Source of the DNA: Octopus bimaculoides
Taxonomy: Eukaryota
DNA length: 57,208 nucleotides
Direction: 5' to 3'
NCBI RefSeq assembly: GCF_001194135.2
Contig: NC_068981.1
Span: 176,273,959 to 176,331,166, forward strand
Made by a program: the position numbers and the translations under genes. Each line of letters starts with the position of its first letter. The first letter of the stretch is position 1. The notes under the pieces were generated by a model. It was not told the DNA's origin, made no database searches, and was given only the letters and a program-made list of their open reading frames with translations. Shown one piece after another: positions 37,200-49,690 of the stretch.

Positions 37200-37792
37200 G
37201 CTCTTTCAAAGCCTAGCCAGGCTCATGGGCCTGGTTTCCCAGTTTCTATGGCATATGTGTTCCTCCCAGGTGGACGGGATGCCAGTCCATCGCAGCATTA
37301 CTCAAGAGNNNNNNNNNNNNNNNNNNNNNNNNNNNNNNNNNNNNNNNNNNNNNNNNNNNNNNNNNNNNNNNNNNNNNNNNNNNNNNNNNNNNNNNNNNNN
37401 NNNNNNNNNNNNNNNNNNNNNNNNNNNNNNNNNNNNNNNNNNNNNNNNNNNNNNNTGGAGCTTTAGGTGTTTTCGCTCAACAAACACTCACAACGCCCGG
37501 TCTGGGAATCAAAACCACTGGGCCATTGCGTCTCCACAAATAAATGCGCCCTTTTAAAGCCTAGCCAGGCTCATAGGCCCGGTTTCCCAGTTTCAATGGC
37601 GTATGTGTTCCCCAGCTGGACGGGACGCCAGTCCATCTCAGCGTTACTCATTTTTGCCAGCTGAGTGGATTGGAGCAACGTGAAATGAAGTGTTTTGCTC
37701 AAGAACACAATGCGTCGCCCGGTCCAGGAATTGAAACCACAATCTTACGATCATGGTACTGACACCCTAACCACTAAGCCATGCGCCTCCAC
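37200..37792 (-). mobile_element. Tandem pair of SINEs sharing the family D tail
   Basis: Reverse-complement tail at 37200-37308 and 37545-37650; D-type head and body at 37457-37530; CORE-like body and head at 37650-37792. Confidence 0.8.
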
Positions 37793-38169
37793 CTTAAAAC
37801 TCAATACCAACGTTAATTAGGCATTGTAAGCAATTTGCTAGGAGATCTCTATTGTTCACAGCGACTATAAACGGCCTGATTGAAATCCTGTTTCATTTAA
37901 TTATATTTCTATGCTTCTTTAGATTCTTTGCAGTTAAAGATGAACTGGTGGTAACGGTGAGGTGTAGAGGGCAGTAGTGGGACATTGTCTAGTTATAATA
38001 GCAAAGAGATGGTCTTTTGCTGCGTATTAAGGTTAGAATGGAACTATAAGCCGGAGGGCAAACAGCATTTCAAAATAGGTAATCAAATACTAAACTGATC
38101 TGATATAATGAGGATTATTATATTGTAGTTGTTGTTGTTGTCATTGAATTTTTTTTTTAAACTTTCATT

Positions 38170-38835
38170 TTCATTGTCTTTCTCATCATCTTCAACTCCT
38201 CATCATCAGCAACATCACCATCCTCGTCACCATCATCATCATCATCATCATTATCATTGTTGTCATCGTCATCGTTGTAGTCATGGCCATCATCACCACC
38301 ATCATCATTGTCGTCGTCGTCATCATCATCATTATCATCAGCCTTTTCTCGTTAATATCTTCATGATTATTTTCATTATTATCATCATTATCCCATCATT
38401 ATCATTTTGTTGTTGTTGTCATCTTCATCAATATTATCATTGTCAACATCGTCGTCGTTATCATTGTTGTTGTCGTCATCATCATCAACAGCATCATCAT
38501 CGTCGTCGTCGTCATCATCGTCGTCATCAACAGCATCATCATCATCGTCGTCATCAACAGCATCGTCATCATCGTCGTCATCAACAGCATCGTCATCATC
38601 GTCATCAACAGCATCATCATCATCGTCGTCATCAACAGCATCATCATCATCGTCGTCATCAACAGCATCATCATCATCATCGTCGTCATCAACAGCATCA
38701 TCATCATCATCGTCGTCATCAACAGCATCATCATCACCGTCGTCATCAACAGCATCAGCATCATCATCGTCGTCATCAACAGCATCATCATCATCGTCGT
38801 CGTCGTCAACAGCATCATCATCGTCGTGGTCATCA

Positions 38836-38868
<33 letters not shown>

Positions 38869-39153
38869 TCATCATCGTCAGCGTCGTCGTCGTCATCATC
38901 ATCGTCAGCATCGTCGTTGTCATNNNNNNNNNNGTCGTCGTCATCATCATCGTCAGCGTCGTCGTCGTCATCATCATCGTCAGCATCGTCGTTGTCATCA
39001 TCATCGTCAGCATCGTCGTCGTCATTATCATTATCGTCAGCATCATCGTCATCATCATCATCGTCATCATCATCATCGTCAGCGTCGTCGTCGTCGTCAT
39101 CATCATCGTCAGCGTCGTTGTCGTCGTCGTCGTCGTCATCAACAGCATCATCA

Positions 39154-39185
<32 letters not shown>
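38170..39185. repeat. ~1-kb (ATC/GTC)n tract with a higher-order TCAACAGCATCATCATC.. unit
   Basis: About a dozen or more 21-30-nt units, each marked by tcaacagca. Confidence 0.92.
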
Positions 39186-39917
39186 GTTAAGGCAGAGAGC
39201 CAACAGAATCGTTAGTATGAGAGACAAAATGCATAGCAGTAGTTCCGATTCTTTACATTCTGAGTTCAAAGTTGGCCTCAGCAGAAATTGAACTCAGAAC
39301 ATAGAGACGAACAGAATGCCATTAAGCATATGCCTGGCAAGTTAGTCTGGAAATAACGAGGCATGGTCATGGCTGAATCTTTGTTTTGATTAGAGTCTTA
39401 TTCAATTGAAGAACTGACCTGAGAATAACAACAACAGTAGTAGTAGCAGCAACAACAATAACAACAACAACAACAACAACAACAGCAGCAGCAATGACAA
39501 CAACAAACAACAATGACAACAACAACAACAACAACAACATCTCTAATCATGGAAATTGTGACAGGCTGTCCAGATAAAACATAATGACTTCAAGATGACT
39601 GTAAACCTTTACATACGTTCTATTGGCCAATCCTCCAACCTCATCAAGTATTTGAACTGTTTGGAACCATTCAGAATAATTTTAGAATCCAATCTTATAT
39701 GACAAAGGAAAATATATATATATACATATATATAAAAGCAATAATAAGTAAAAAAAAAAAAGTTCAATAATGCCAGACAACAATGGACATTTATATTTCT
39801 TGTGTGTTTTAAGGAATTAGTGTCTGTGTATGAGTATGTTCGTGTAAATGTGTATGTAAGAACATATATATGTATGGTGTATAGATATATATATGTATGG
39901 TATATATATATATGTAT

Positions 39918-39982
<65 letters not shown>

Positions 39983-40004
39983 ACTAAATGAATATATATC
40001 ATCA

Positions 40005-40335
40005 TCATCGTTTAATGTCCGCTTTCCATGCTAGCATGGGTTGGACGATTTGACTGAGGACTGGCGAACCAAATGGCTGCACCAGGCACCAATCTGATCT
40101 GGCAGAGTTTTTACAGCTGGATGCCTTTCCTAATGCCAACCAATCCGAGAGTGTAGTGGCTGCTTTTACGTGCCACCAGCACGAGGGCCAGTCAGGCAGT
40201 ACTGGCAACAACAACGCTCAAATGGTGTATTTTATGTGCCACCTGCATAGGAGTCAGTCCAGCAGTACTGGCAACGACCTCGTTCGAATGTTTTGTTCAC
40301 GTGCCACCGGCACAAGTGCCAGTAAGGCAACGCTA
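40005..40335 (-). mobile_element. SINE family B, long copy
   Basis: catcgtttaatgtccgctttccatgctagcatggg..gtgccaccagcac..ctggcaacgacctcgttcgaatg. Confidence 0.88.
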
Positions 40336-40458
40336 ATATATATATATATATATATATATAAATATATATATATGTATGTATTATGTATGTATGTATATAT
40401 ATACATAATATATAAATATATGTGTGTATATATATATGGATATATATATATACATGTA

Positions 40459-40764
40459 TGTGGTGGTATCAAAAGGTTCCCAGATTAGTTATGATTAATA
40501 AAAAAATAACTTATTTACTTAAGTTTTAACATCATCTCCTTTGAAATAGTCACCTTGCACAGCAAAACACCAGCCCCAGTATTTCTGGTCCCTGTAAGTT
40601 GTTTTCCATAAGCGAGTCAAGGACCTTCTGTGATTTTCTCTTGGTCTTGACGATGGTATTAAAACAGTGACCTTTGAGTTGCCTTTTCACCTTGGGGAAG
40701 TCTGCCGGTGCTAAATCTGGTGAATAGGGCAGGTGCAGAAGTGATACCATCTTGTTTTTGATAC
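40459..40764 (-). mobile_element. Mariner transposase 3' fragment with right TIR
   Basis: LLHLPYSPDLAPADF-PKVKRQLKGHCF carries the YSPDLAP mariner motif; TIR-like TA|TGTGGTGGTATCAAAAGGTTCC at ~40457-40480. Confidence 0.88.
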
Positions 40765-40852
40765 AGTTATATATTTAAGAGATGAGGAATTATATACGTT
40801 ATTTACATTATTTACATTTGGCAGACATTTGTCCTCATCTTGTTTGTTGTTA

Positions 40853-40896
40853 ACACAATGTTTCAGCTGATATACCCTACAGCTTTCATCAGGTGT
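40853..40896 (-). ncRNA. Minimal type-I hammerhead ribozyme (left arm)
   Basis: ACAC-CTGATGA-A-AGCTG tagggtatat CAGCT-GAAA-CA-TT^-GTGT: complete core, 4-bp stem I, 5-bp stem II; stem III is ACAT where palindromic ACGT would be expected. Confidence 0.85.
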
Positions 40897-41232
40897 CTTG
40901 GGGAAATTTCGAACCAGGGTTCTCATTCCTAAGGTATTTTTCGATGTTGTTGTTGCTATTATTATTATTATTATCATTATTATTATTATTATTATTGTCA
41001 CTGCCTGGAATCAAACTTTGGAATCTTGAGGTTAGTAGCTCGTGCTCTTAACCACTACGCCATATGCCCATAGGCTTGCTTATCATCTTCCATATGCATA
41101 TGGTGTAGTGGTTAAGAGTGCAGGCTACTAAAGCCAAGATTCCAAGTTCAATTCCAGGTAGTCACCTGAATAGTAATAATAACATTGAAAAATACCTTAG
41201 GAATGAGAACCCAGGTTCAAAATTTCCCCAAG

Positions 41233-41276
41233 ACACCTGATGAAAGCTGTAGGGTATATCAGCTGATACATTGTGT
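41233..41276 (+). ncRNA. Minimal type-I hammerhead ribozyme (right arm, GAAA to GATA)
   Basis: Identical to the left-arm motif except one core substitution. Confidence 0.8.
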
Positions 41277-41847
41277 TAACAACAAACAAGATGAGGACAA
41301 ATATCTGTCAAATGTAAATAATGTAAATAACGTAAATAATGTGAATTAGGGGCATGTCAAAAGATATAAACAATATTGAGCACACATATACAAGGTATGT
41401 GCTTTGCTATATTCTCTTATGCCTATAAGTAAAAATTCTCTTGTTCTGTACTTCACCAGATGTAATAAGTTGTCCTGAACTTTTCCAAGTTTAATAAATT
41501 GTCCTGCAAATTTCCAGGTTTATAATCTTAAAACTTTTATTTCTCTTGCTTGCATTTTTCCGTGTTATATATATATATCACCTAGCAAATTATATCATTT
41601 GGTAAAATAAGTCTGAAACCAATGGTCTAGGAGTTAGATGGTAAATGTTTTTATTTTTCATTCCATTCGAAGTTTTATCCCTAAATAGTGGTATGGAATT
41701 TAACTGTTCTTTCTAGCATGCAAGGAATCCATATGATGGATGCCTCTTATGTGTTTAAATGTACACGGTATTTATATGAATAANNNNNNNNNNNNNNNNN
41801 NNNNNNNNNNNNNNNNNNNNNNNNNNNNNNNNNNNNNNNNNNNNNNN

Positions 41848-41943
41848 TGGCACCTTGGGTAAGTGTCTTCTATTATAGCCTCGGGCCTTGTGAGTGGATT
41901 TGGTAGACGGAAACTGAAAGAAGCCCGTCATATATATACATAC

Positions 41944-41977
<34 letters not shown>

Positions 41978-42189
41978 GTATGTGTGTTTGTCTGTCTGTG
42001 TTTGTCCCCCCACCATCGCTTGACAACCGATGCTTGTGTGTTTACATCCCCGTAACTTAGAGTTTCGGCAAAAAAAAACCGATAGAATAAGTACTAGACT
42101 TACAAAGAATAAGTCCTGGGGTCGATTTGCTCGACTAAAGGCGGTGCTCCAGCATGGCCACAGTCAAATGACTGAAACAAGTAAAAGAG
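41848..42189 (+). mobile_element. SINE family A (head lost in gap)
   Basis: tggcaccttggg.. to ..tgactgaaacaagtaaaagag. Confidence 0.9.
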
Positions 42190-43092
42190 TATATGTGTAT
42201 ATACAAACACTCGCTCACAAGCACTCACACATATGTATGCGTGTACGTATTCATGCAAGTATATTTGTCACTGAGGGACCAGTAGAATAAGTACTTGACA
42301 AAATAAGCACTGGTATCGATTTGTTCTGATAAACTCTTCAAGGCAGTGCCTTTGCATGGCCGCTGTCCAATGACTGAAACAGGTAAATGTATAAGACAAG
42401 TGTGCATGTGTGTATACATTCAGGAATAGCATTGAAATTTAATCATTACTTACGTTTCTAAAAATATTTTAAAATATAGAAAAAAATAAATTTTAATACA
42501 CAACTAAGAAAAAAGTAACTCACACAAAACACACAAATACAAAAGCATATGCTAAAACATAAAAAAAGCAAAATTTTTGTGCAAATATGATTGATAACCA
42601 AAATGGAATTCACATAATTATTATAAAACACCAATTCTTCAGGAGTGCTGAAATTCCTTAACTCATAGACATAAATTCTGTGCTGGTTTGTTTCAGAGAA
42701 TATCAGTATTTTTTTGTTTTATCTTTTTACACAATATTTATTTAATATAAATTTATTCTGAATTTGTATCGTATTAAATTCATATACAAGATTAAATTTT
42801 TCTTTCTTATCATGTATATTATATCAAAAATTCATAATGTATTGAATTTCTAATTCATCCAAAGCACTTGATGTTTTTTTTTTATCTCTTTGTTTCGTTG
42901 ACTTTTATTTCTTTGTAATTTTTTTTCTAAATGAAGCTTTGTATGTGTGTGTATATATATATATATATGTTGTTATTATTTGTATATTCTCCCATATATA
43001 TATATATATATAGATAGATAGATAGATAGACAGACATAGCTAGATATNNNNNNNNNNNNNNNNNNNNNNNNNNNNNNNNNNNNNTAGATATC

Positions 43093-43145
<53 letters not shown>

Positions 43146-43892
43146 GCACACACACATATGCACACACATATATATACATATAGATATATACATACATATT
43201 ATATATATATGCATATGTGTGTGTATGTGTGTCTTTATGTATGTAAAACATACATACATACACATATATATACACATACACATGTACACACAGATACACA
43301 CACATACACTAATTAGGTTTATGAAGGCATTCAGATACACATACATTCAATGTAAACTCACAATCACATACACACATAATCATACTTTATCTATGTAAGT
43401 GTGAGTATATATGTTTGTGCGTGTGTCTATATGTGTCTGTCTCTCTATATGTGTATATGCAAAGCTTGTAAATGTGTAAAATGATATTTTTGAAATTTTA
43501 CAGTGAAATTGCAAAAATGCAAGTTTACATTATTACAAGTACTTTCATGTTTTATAGCAATCTTCAGGTAAATGTTTAGATAGTGGCATCAACAAACATT
43601 TAAGCTTCACAATTGACCACTTAAATGAAATTAATGAGTATTTTTCTTCAAATACCATTTGACAGTCTCCAGCAAGTTGAAGTTTATGAATATTATTTTA
43701 ACTTATCAGTGTGCTGCTTTTATGTCATGGTTTGATAAAGGCAATAACACAGTTCACATGCTAACTGGTTAAAAATCGTGTTTGTAAGTTTCAGTCTGCT
43801 GGAGTACAAACAAAATGTGTATCAAAGAAAAGATTCATTCATTTCATTGGTTTTAAATTGCAAACCTCATTAGCTGTTTGTTAAGGCTACTC

Positions 43893-43930
<38 letters not shown>

Positions 43931-44746
43931 AGTGTGTACGTATGAGTGTGTATGTGTATATGCATGATATATACTGTATATACATGAATGAAAGACACCA
44001 CTTGTGTCCTGTACGACTGCAATATGTGTATGTCTGTGAATACGTGTGTGTGTCTGTGTGTGTGCGTGTGTGTGTGTGTGTGCGTGTGTGTGTGTGTGTG
44101 CGTGTATGTGTGTGTGTGTGTGTGTTGTCCAACCCATGCCATGTGTGTGTGTGTGTGTGTGTATTGTCCAACTCATGGGACAGGGATGTTTGATGAGGAT
44201 GATGATGATGNNNNNNNNNNNNNNNNNNNNNNNNNNNNNNNNNNNNNNNNNNNNNNNNNNNNNNNNNNNNNNNNNNNNNNNNNNNNNNNNNNNNNNNNNN
44301 NNNNNNNNNNNNNNNNNNNNNNNNNNNNNNNNNNNNNNNNNNNNNNNNNNNNNNNNNNNNNNNNNNNNNNNNNNNNNNNNNNNNNNNNNNNNNNNNNNNN
44401 NNNNNNNNNNNNNNNNNNNNNNNNNNNNNNNNNNNNNNNNNNNNNNNNNNNNNNNNNNNNNNNNNNNNNNNNNNNNNNNNNNNNNNNNNNNNNNNNNNNN
44501 NNNNNNNNNNNNNNNNNNNNNNNNNNNNNNNNNNNNNNNNNNNNNNNNNNNNNNNNNNNNNNNNNNNNNNNNNNNNNNNNNNNNNNNNNNNNNNNNNNNN
44601 NNNNNNNNNNNNNNNNNNNNNNNNNNNNNNNNNNNNNNNNNNNNNNNNNNNNNNNNNNNNNNNNNNNNNNNNNNNNNNNNNNNNNNNNNNNNNNNNNNNN
44701 NNNNNNNNNNNNNNNNNNNNNNNNNNNNNNNNNNNNNNNNNNNNNN

Positions 44747-44787
<41 letters not shown>

Positions 44788-44796
44788 TGCACACAT

Positions 44797-45030
44797 GGTG
44801 GTGAGCTGGCAGAGCCGTTAGCACACCGGGTGAAATGCTTAGCGGTATTTCGTCTGCCCGCTACATTCTGAGTTCAAATTCCGCCGAGGTCGACTTTGCC
44901 TTTCATCCTTTCGGGGTCGATTAAATAAGTACCAGTTACGCACTGGGGTCGATATAATCGATTTAATCCGTTTGTCTGTCCTTGTTTGTCCCCTCTGTGT
45001 GTAGCCCCTTGTGGGTAGTAAAGAAATAAC
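44797..45030 (+). mobile_element. SINE family C, well-preserved copy
   Basis: ggtgagctggcagagccgttagc..ttctgagttcaaattccgccgaggtcgactttgcctttcatcctttcggggtcgattaaataagtaccag. Confidence 0.92.
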
Positions 45031-45769
45031 ACATGTAAGTTTGAACACAATAATAAAATATGATGAAGCTTAGGAACACAAACTGATGTCTGGAGAAATA
45101 TATATTTATTATAAGCATATATCTATTTACTTAAATAGTCAAGGCATGATTTCATTGTCTGGTAACCTTTCATTTTAACCATCATTATATTTCAGCATAT
45201 TATTATTCAAAACATACATTTTTTTTCTGTTTATCAAGCTTTTAACCGAAATACCTTGCTTGAAGAAAAAAAAATATTTTCATTATATATTCAAGATATC
45301 TATTTCTGATATTTCTGTTATTGAGAATACACAGAATTGTTACTCCAAGTTATCTCAGTGAATCCCAACAAACTATTAAATTTTCATCATATGTTATAAC
45401 AACAGCAACTCGTTTGATTTACATGTAATACAATACCAGAAGATGGTATTGTTTTGCATAGAATTAGGTAAATGGTTAACAATTTTAGAATAACTACTCT
45501 TTATACTAATAGTTGAGGCAGAGCTGAAGAACCTGGTCTTCCATATTTTCTGTTTTCAATTTTTTTTGTTTGTTTGTTTTTTTTTCTTTTTGTTTTCTTG
45601 TGGGAGGTGAACGGAAGTCAGTTTTCATGGGTCTTCTTTATTTATACATATATATACAAGCATGTTAACATACATGCATGCAAGTACAAATAGCATGTTT
45701 GCAACTCCAAAGCAAACTAATGTTCGGTGCATGCCTATGTGTGCGTGTGTGCTTATATCTATCTATCTA

Positions 45770-45783
45770 TCTATCTATTTACA

Positions 45784-45843
<60 letters not shown>

Positions 45844-45874
45844 AGCAGATAGATAGATAGATAGATAGACCGAC

Positions 45875-45929
<55 letters not shown>

Positions 45930-46140
45930 TAGATAAATAGATAGATAGATGTGTGTGTATATACACAAACATACATGCATACACAGGCACACACACACAC
46001 ATATAGATAGATAGATAAACAGATAGATAGATGAATAGATAGATAGATAGATAGACAGATAGATAGATAGATGTGTGTGTATATACACAAACATACATGC
46101 ATACACATATATATACAGGCACAAACACACATACATGTGT
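45770..46140. repeat. Compound (TA)/(GA)/(GATA)n with an internal ~120-bp duplicated unit
   Basis: gatagatgtgtgtgtatatacacaaacatacatgcatacac occurs twice. Confidence 0.9.
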
Positions 46141-47479
46141 GTCTCTATGTATATGAAGGGCAAATGGCCTAATGGTTAGGGCATTTGCATTTATGATCAT
46201 GAGAACACGGTTTCAGTTCCTAGACCAGGTAGTGCGTTGTGTTATTAAGCAAAACCCTTGATCCCACATTGCACTGCAATTGCCTTGAATACCTGACATG
46301 TGATACATCATTCACCTATTTGGGCAATGTTGATTTGACGGAGGGAGTGAACTAACTTATGGTATCATGCGTTTGATCGCTATAAACAAATGATTTGTGC
46401 AAATTGTTCAGTTAGAAATTGCAGAACTGTCTTTCTCAGACTATGAGAGACTACCATCATGTGTGTGTGTGTGTGTGTGTATGTGTGTGTGTACATGCAT
46501 GTGTGTGTGTGTGTGGAGGCACATAATTTTGCAGTTATGCTATTTTCTTGAGCACAACACTTCATTTCACATTGCTCTAGTCCAGTCAGCTGGAAAAAAT
46601 GAGTGTTTGTGTNNNNNNNNNNNNNNNNNNNNNNNNNNNNNNNNNNNNNNNNNNNNNNNNNNNNNNNNNNNNNNNNNNNNNNNNNNNNNNNNNNNNNNNN
46701 NNNNNNNNNNNNNNNNNNNNNNNNNNNNNNNNNNNNNNNNNNNNNNNNNNNNNNNNNNNNNNNNNNNNNNNNNNNNNNNNNNNNNNNNNNNNNNNNNNNN
46801 NNNNNNNNNNNNNNNNNNNNNNNNNNNNNNNNNNNNNNNNNNNNNNNNNNNNNNNNNNNNNNNNNNNNNNNNNNNNNNNNNNNNNNNNNNNNNNNNNNNN
46901 NNNNNNNNNNNNNNNNNNNNNNNNNNNNNNNNNNNNNNNNNNNNNNNNNNNNNNNNNNNNNNNNNNNNNNNNNNNNNNNNNNNNNNNNNNNNNNNNNNNN
47001 NNNNNNNNNNNNNNNNNNNNNNNNNNNNNNNNNNNNNNNNNNNNNNNNNNNNNNNNNNNNNNNNNNNNNNNNNNNNNNNNNNNNNNNNNNNNNNNNNNNN
47101 NNNNNNNNNNNNNNNNNNNNNNNNNNNNNNNNNNNNNNNNNNNNNNNNNNNNNNNNNNNNNNNNNNNNNNNNNNNNNNNNNNNNNNNNNNNNNNNNNNNN
47201 NNNNNNNNNNNNNNNNNNNNNNNNNNNNNNNNNNNNNNNNNNNNNNNNNNNNNNNNNNNNNNNNNNNNNNNNNNNNNNNNNNNNNNNNNNNNNNNNNNNN
47301 NNNNNNNNNNNNNNNNNNNNNNNNNNNNNNNNNNNNNNNNNNNNNNNNNNNNNNNNNNNNNNNNNNNNNNNNNNNNNNNNNNNNNNNNNNNNNNNNNNNN
47401 NNNNNNNNNNNNNNNNNNNNNNNNNNNNNNNNNNNNNNNNNNNNNNNNNNNNNNNNNNNNNNNNNNNNNNNNNNNNNNN

Positions 47480-47607
47480 GCATCCAGCTGTAGAAACTCT
47501 GCCAGATCAGATTGGAGCCTGGTGTAGTCATCTGGTTCGCCAGTCCTCAGTCAAATCGTCCAACGCATGCTAGCATGGAAAGTTGGAAAGTGGATGTTAA
47601 ATGATGA

Positions 47608-47610
<3 letters not shown>
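47480..47610 (+). mobile_element. SINE family B 3' end
   Basis: gcatccagctgtagaaactctgcc..catgctagcatggaaag. Confidence 0.85.
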
Positions 47611-47647
<37 letters not shown>

Positions 47648-49030
47648 TGTTTCTTTCAGTTTCTGTCCAGTGGGACAATATATAAGCCACAGAAACTGGA
47701 AAAGCAGTGTTTTGAGCCTATGTTTGTATGCATGGCACTTTTCATAGTTATTCAACCACTTCTCATGAGGGACTGCTTTAAATGTGTCTATGTGTGTGTA
47801 TATACACATAATCATAAACACCAGCTTCTGTTTGTTATTTGCAGCATTCTCTGGGGTAGCCAAATCTGTTTTTCTCTCTGGAATGAGCAGGTTAACACTA
47901 GTGTGAAAAATCAATTGTTTCCCGCCCAAATAAACAATCCCACCATTCCACCATGCAAATATGTGCAACTGGATTTACGACAGCAACAAGAACAACAAAA
48001 ATATGTTCAATGAGAGAGTATCTATACTAACAGTATCCAGACTACAGCTCATGGACTGTAGTTTGGTTTGCAAAGTTACTATGAATGGCTACTGATATAA
48101 TATTAGGTTTCTGTGCTATTTTTTCCTAAAAGAGCTTTAACATTCTACTAGCTGAATTTTGAAGTATTAACTGCAAAAAAAAAAAACAAACGAAAAAAAA
48201 CAAAACGTATAAATAAAAAAGAAACTGAAGATTCAATAAAAGCCTTCAATAAGCGGAAATTAATCAATACACTTTAGAGAGTAAAATTATGGAGAGATAT
48301 ATTTTCTTATTTAGTAATATAATTTTGCAGATACGTGTTGCAGCTCTTAAATGTTAAAAAAATATACACATCTCTTTTTATCTGACAAATCAGCCACCCT
48401 TGAGATTATACTATCACCCAACCAGTCATAAATAAGAGCTAAATCTCCTTAAATTATATCCCAGTTGTCTTAGGAATGAAAGAACATTTTCGTAAAAAGC
48501 ATTTCAGAAAAATAACAAAGCAAGTTAAATGGCTGAGTTGTTAGTAAGTTTGCTTAACAACATGGTTTTGGGTTCAATCTCATGGCCAGGTATTTTCTAC
48601 TGTAGTTTTAGGTCGAGAAAAGTCTTTAGAGGGAAATTTGGTTGGTGGAAACCATGTGGAAGCCTGTCCGAGGGATTGTTACTGTTCGCAAGTTGTTGAC
48701 TTAATTCATTGGTCAGTTGAGCACTGTTGTCTGGTCCTTGAGTCTTTTTAGCATTCAGGCCAGTCATGTCCAACCCAGATACCCATCCTGTTTTATGCTC
48801 AAATTGGCCATATCTGGCCTCCCCCACCTACCCTACAATGTCGTTTTAAAACTAAGCCATCATATCAACGAAATTTCAAAGCTATGAGATAATGCATGAT
48901 TAATTCAAAACAATGTGAATAAAGAAGCATTACATTTGACAGACTAATCTGAATACTAAAGGGATAATAAATAACAGGTCTACTTGTTTGGCTAATATTT
49001 AGAAACAGACCATGGGAAAATGTTGTTATA

Positions 49031-49157
49031 CAGAGTGTCCACAAGGTCTGGGTACATGGAGTAAATAAAATCATAACATAAACAATTAAATATAAGAAAT
49101 AATAATTTCTTAAAGTACGTGTTAATCTCCATGTACCCAGACTTTGTGGACACGCTG
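49031..49157. mobile_element. 127-bp Tc1/mariner-type MITE
   Basis: TA|CAGAGTGTCCACAAGGTCTGGGTACATGGAG ... CTCCATGTACCCAGACTTTGTGGACACGCTG|TA: 31-bp TIRs with 2 mismatches, TA TSD. Confidence 0.93.
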
Positions 49158-49420
49158 TAGTATATACAGACCATACAGTATGTAGAGATGCATAGTGGTC
49201 AAATTATATCAGATTATATGTCATGAGTCATGTCCTACTAATGATGTCCCACCAAGACTCTATGACTGGACATTTCATTTAACCTGACTCTGTTGAGATA
49301 ACTCAGGAATGTGTAGAATAACTACATAGAAGGAACAAAGTAGACAACTCTGAAAGGATCACAATAAGGTTTAAAAATCGATTAAGCTGGTCATCATTTT
49401 TCTTTTTGAGCATAAAAAGC

Positions 49421-49690
49421 TAAGTTATGGGGACGTAAACGCACCAGCATCGGTTGTCAAGTGATGTTGAAGGGACAAACACAGACACACAAACACACAC
49501 ACACACACACATATATATACATATATACGACGGGCTTCTTTCAGTTTCCGTCTACCAAATCCACTCACAAGGCTTTGGTCAGACTGAGGCTATAGTAGAA
49601 GACACTTGCCCAAGGTGCCATGCAGTGGGACTGAACCCGGAACCATGTGGTTGGTAAGCAAGCTACTTACCACACAGCCACTCCTACGCC
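49421..49690 (-). mobile_element. SINE family A (3'-truncated)
   Basis: Well-preserved reverse-complement head ..accacacagccactcctacgcc. Confidence 0.9.

Larger units (their letters stand above)
40765..41345. mobile_element. Palindromic element: two head-to-head tRNA-headed units, each carrying a hammerhead ribozyme
   Basis: Arms 40796-41067(-) and 41096-41333(+) with a 28-nt spacer; each unit is a tRNA-like head (TGGYGTAGTGG A box, GTTYRATTCC B box), an (AAT)n linker, an HHR and an AAATGT-repeat tail. Confidence 0.9.

Noticed and set aside
38400-39150. CRISPR-like or protein-repeat array
   Set aside because: Eukaryotic context; spacers between the tcaacagca units are just ATC/GTC triplets, not unique spacers.
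41096-41165. tRNA gene
   Set aside because: A/B boxes and an anticodon-like loop (ctactaa) are present, but there is no acceptor-stem closure; it is a SINE-type head. The same applies to the other tRNA-like heads.
47597-47968. 123-aa minus ORF with FKAVPHEKWL, faintly like a LINE RT or mariner C-terminus
   Set aside because: Similarity is too weak and ambiguous to assign without a profile search.
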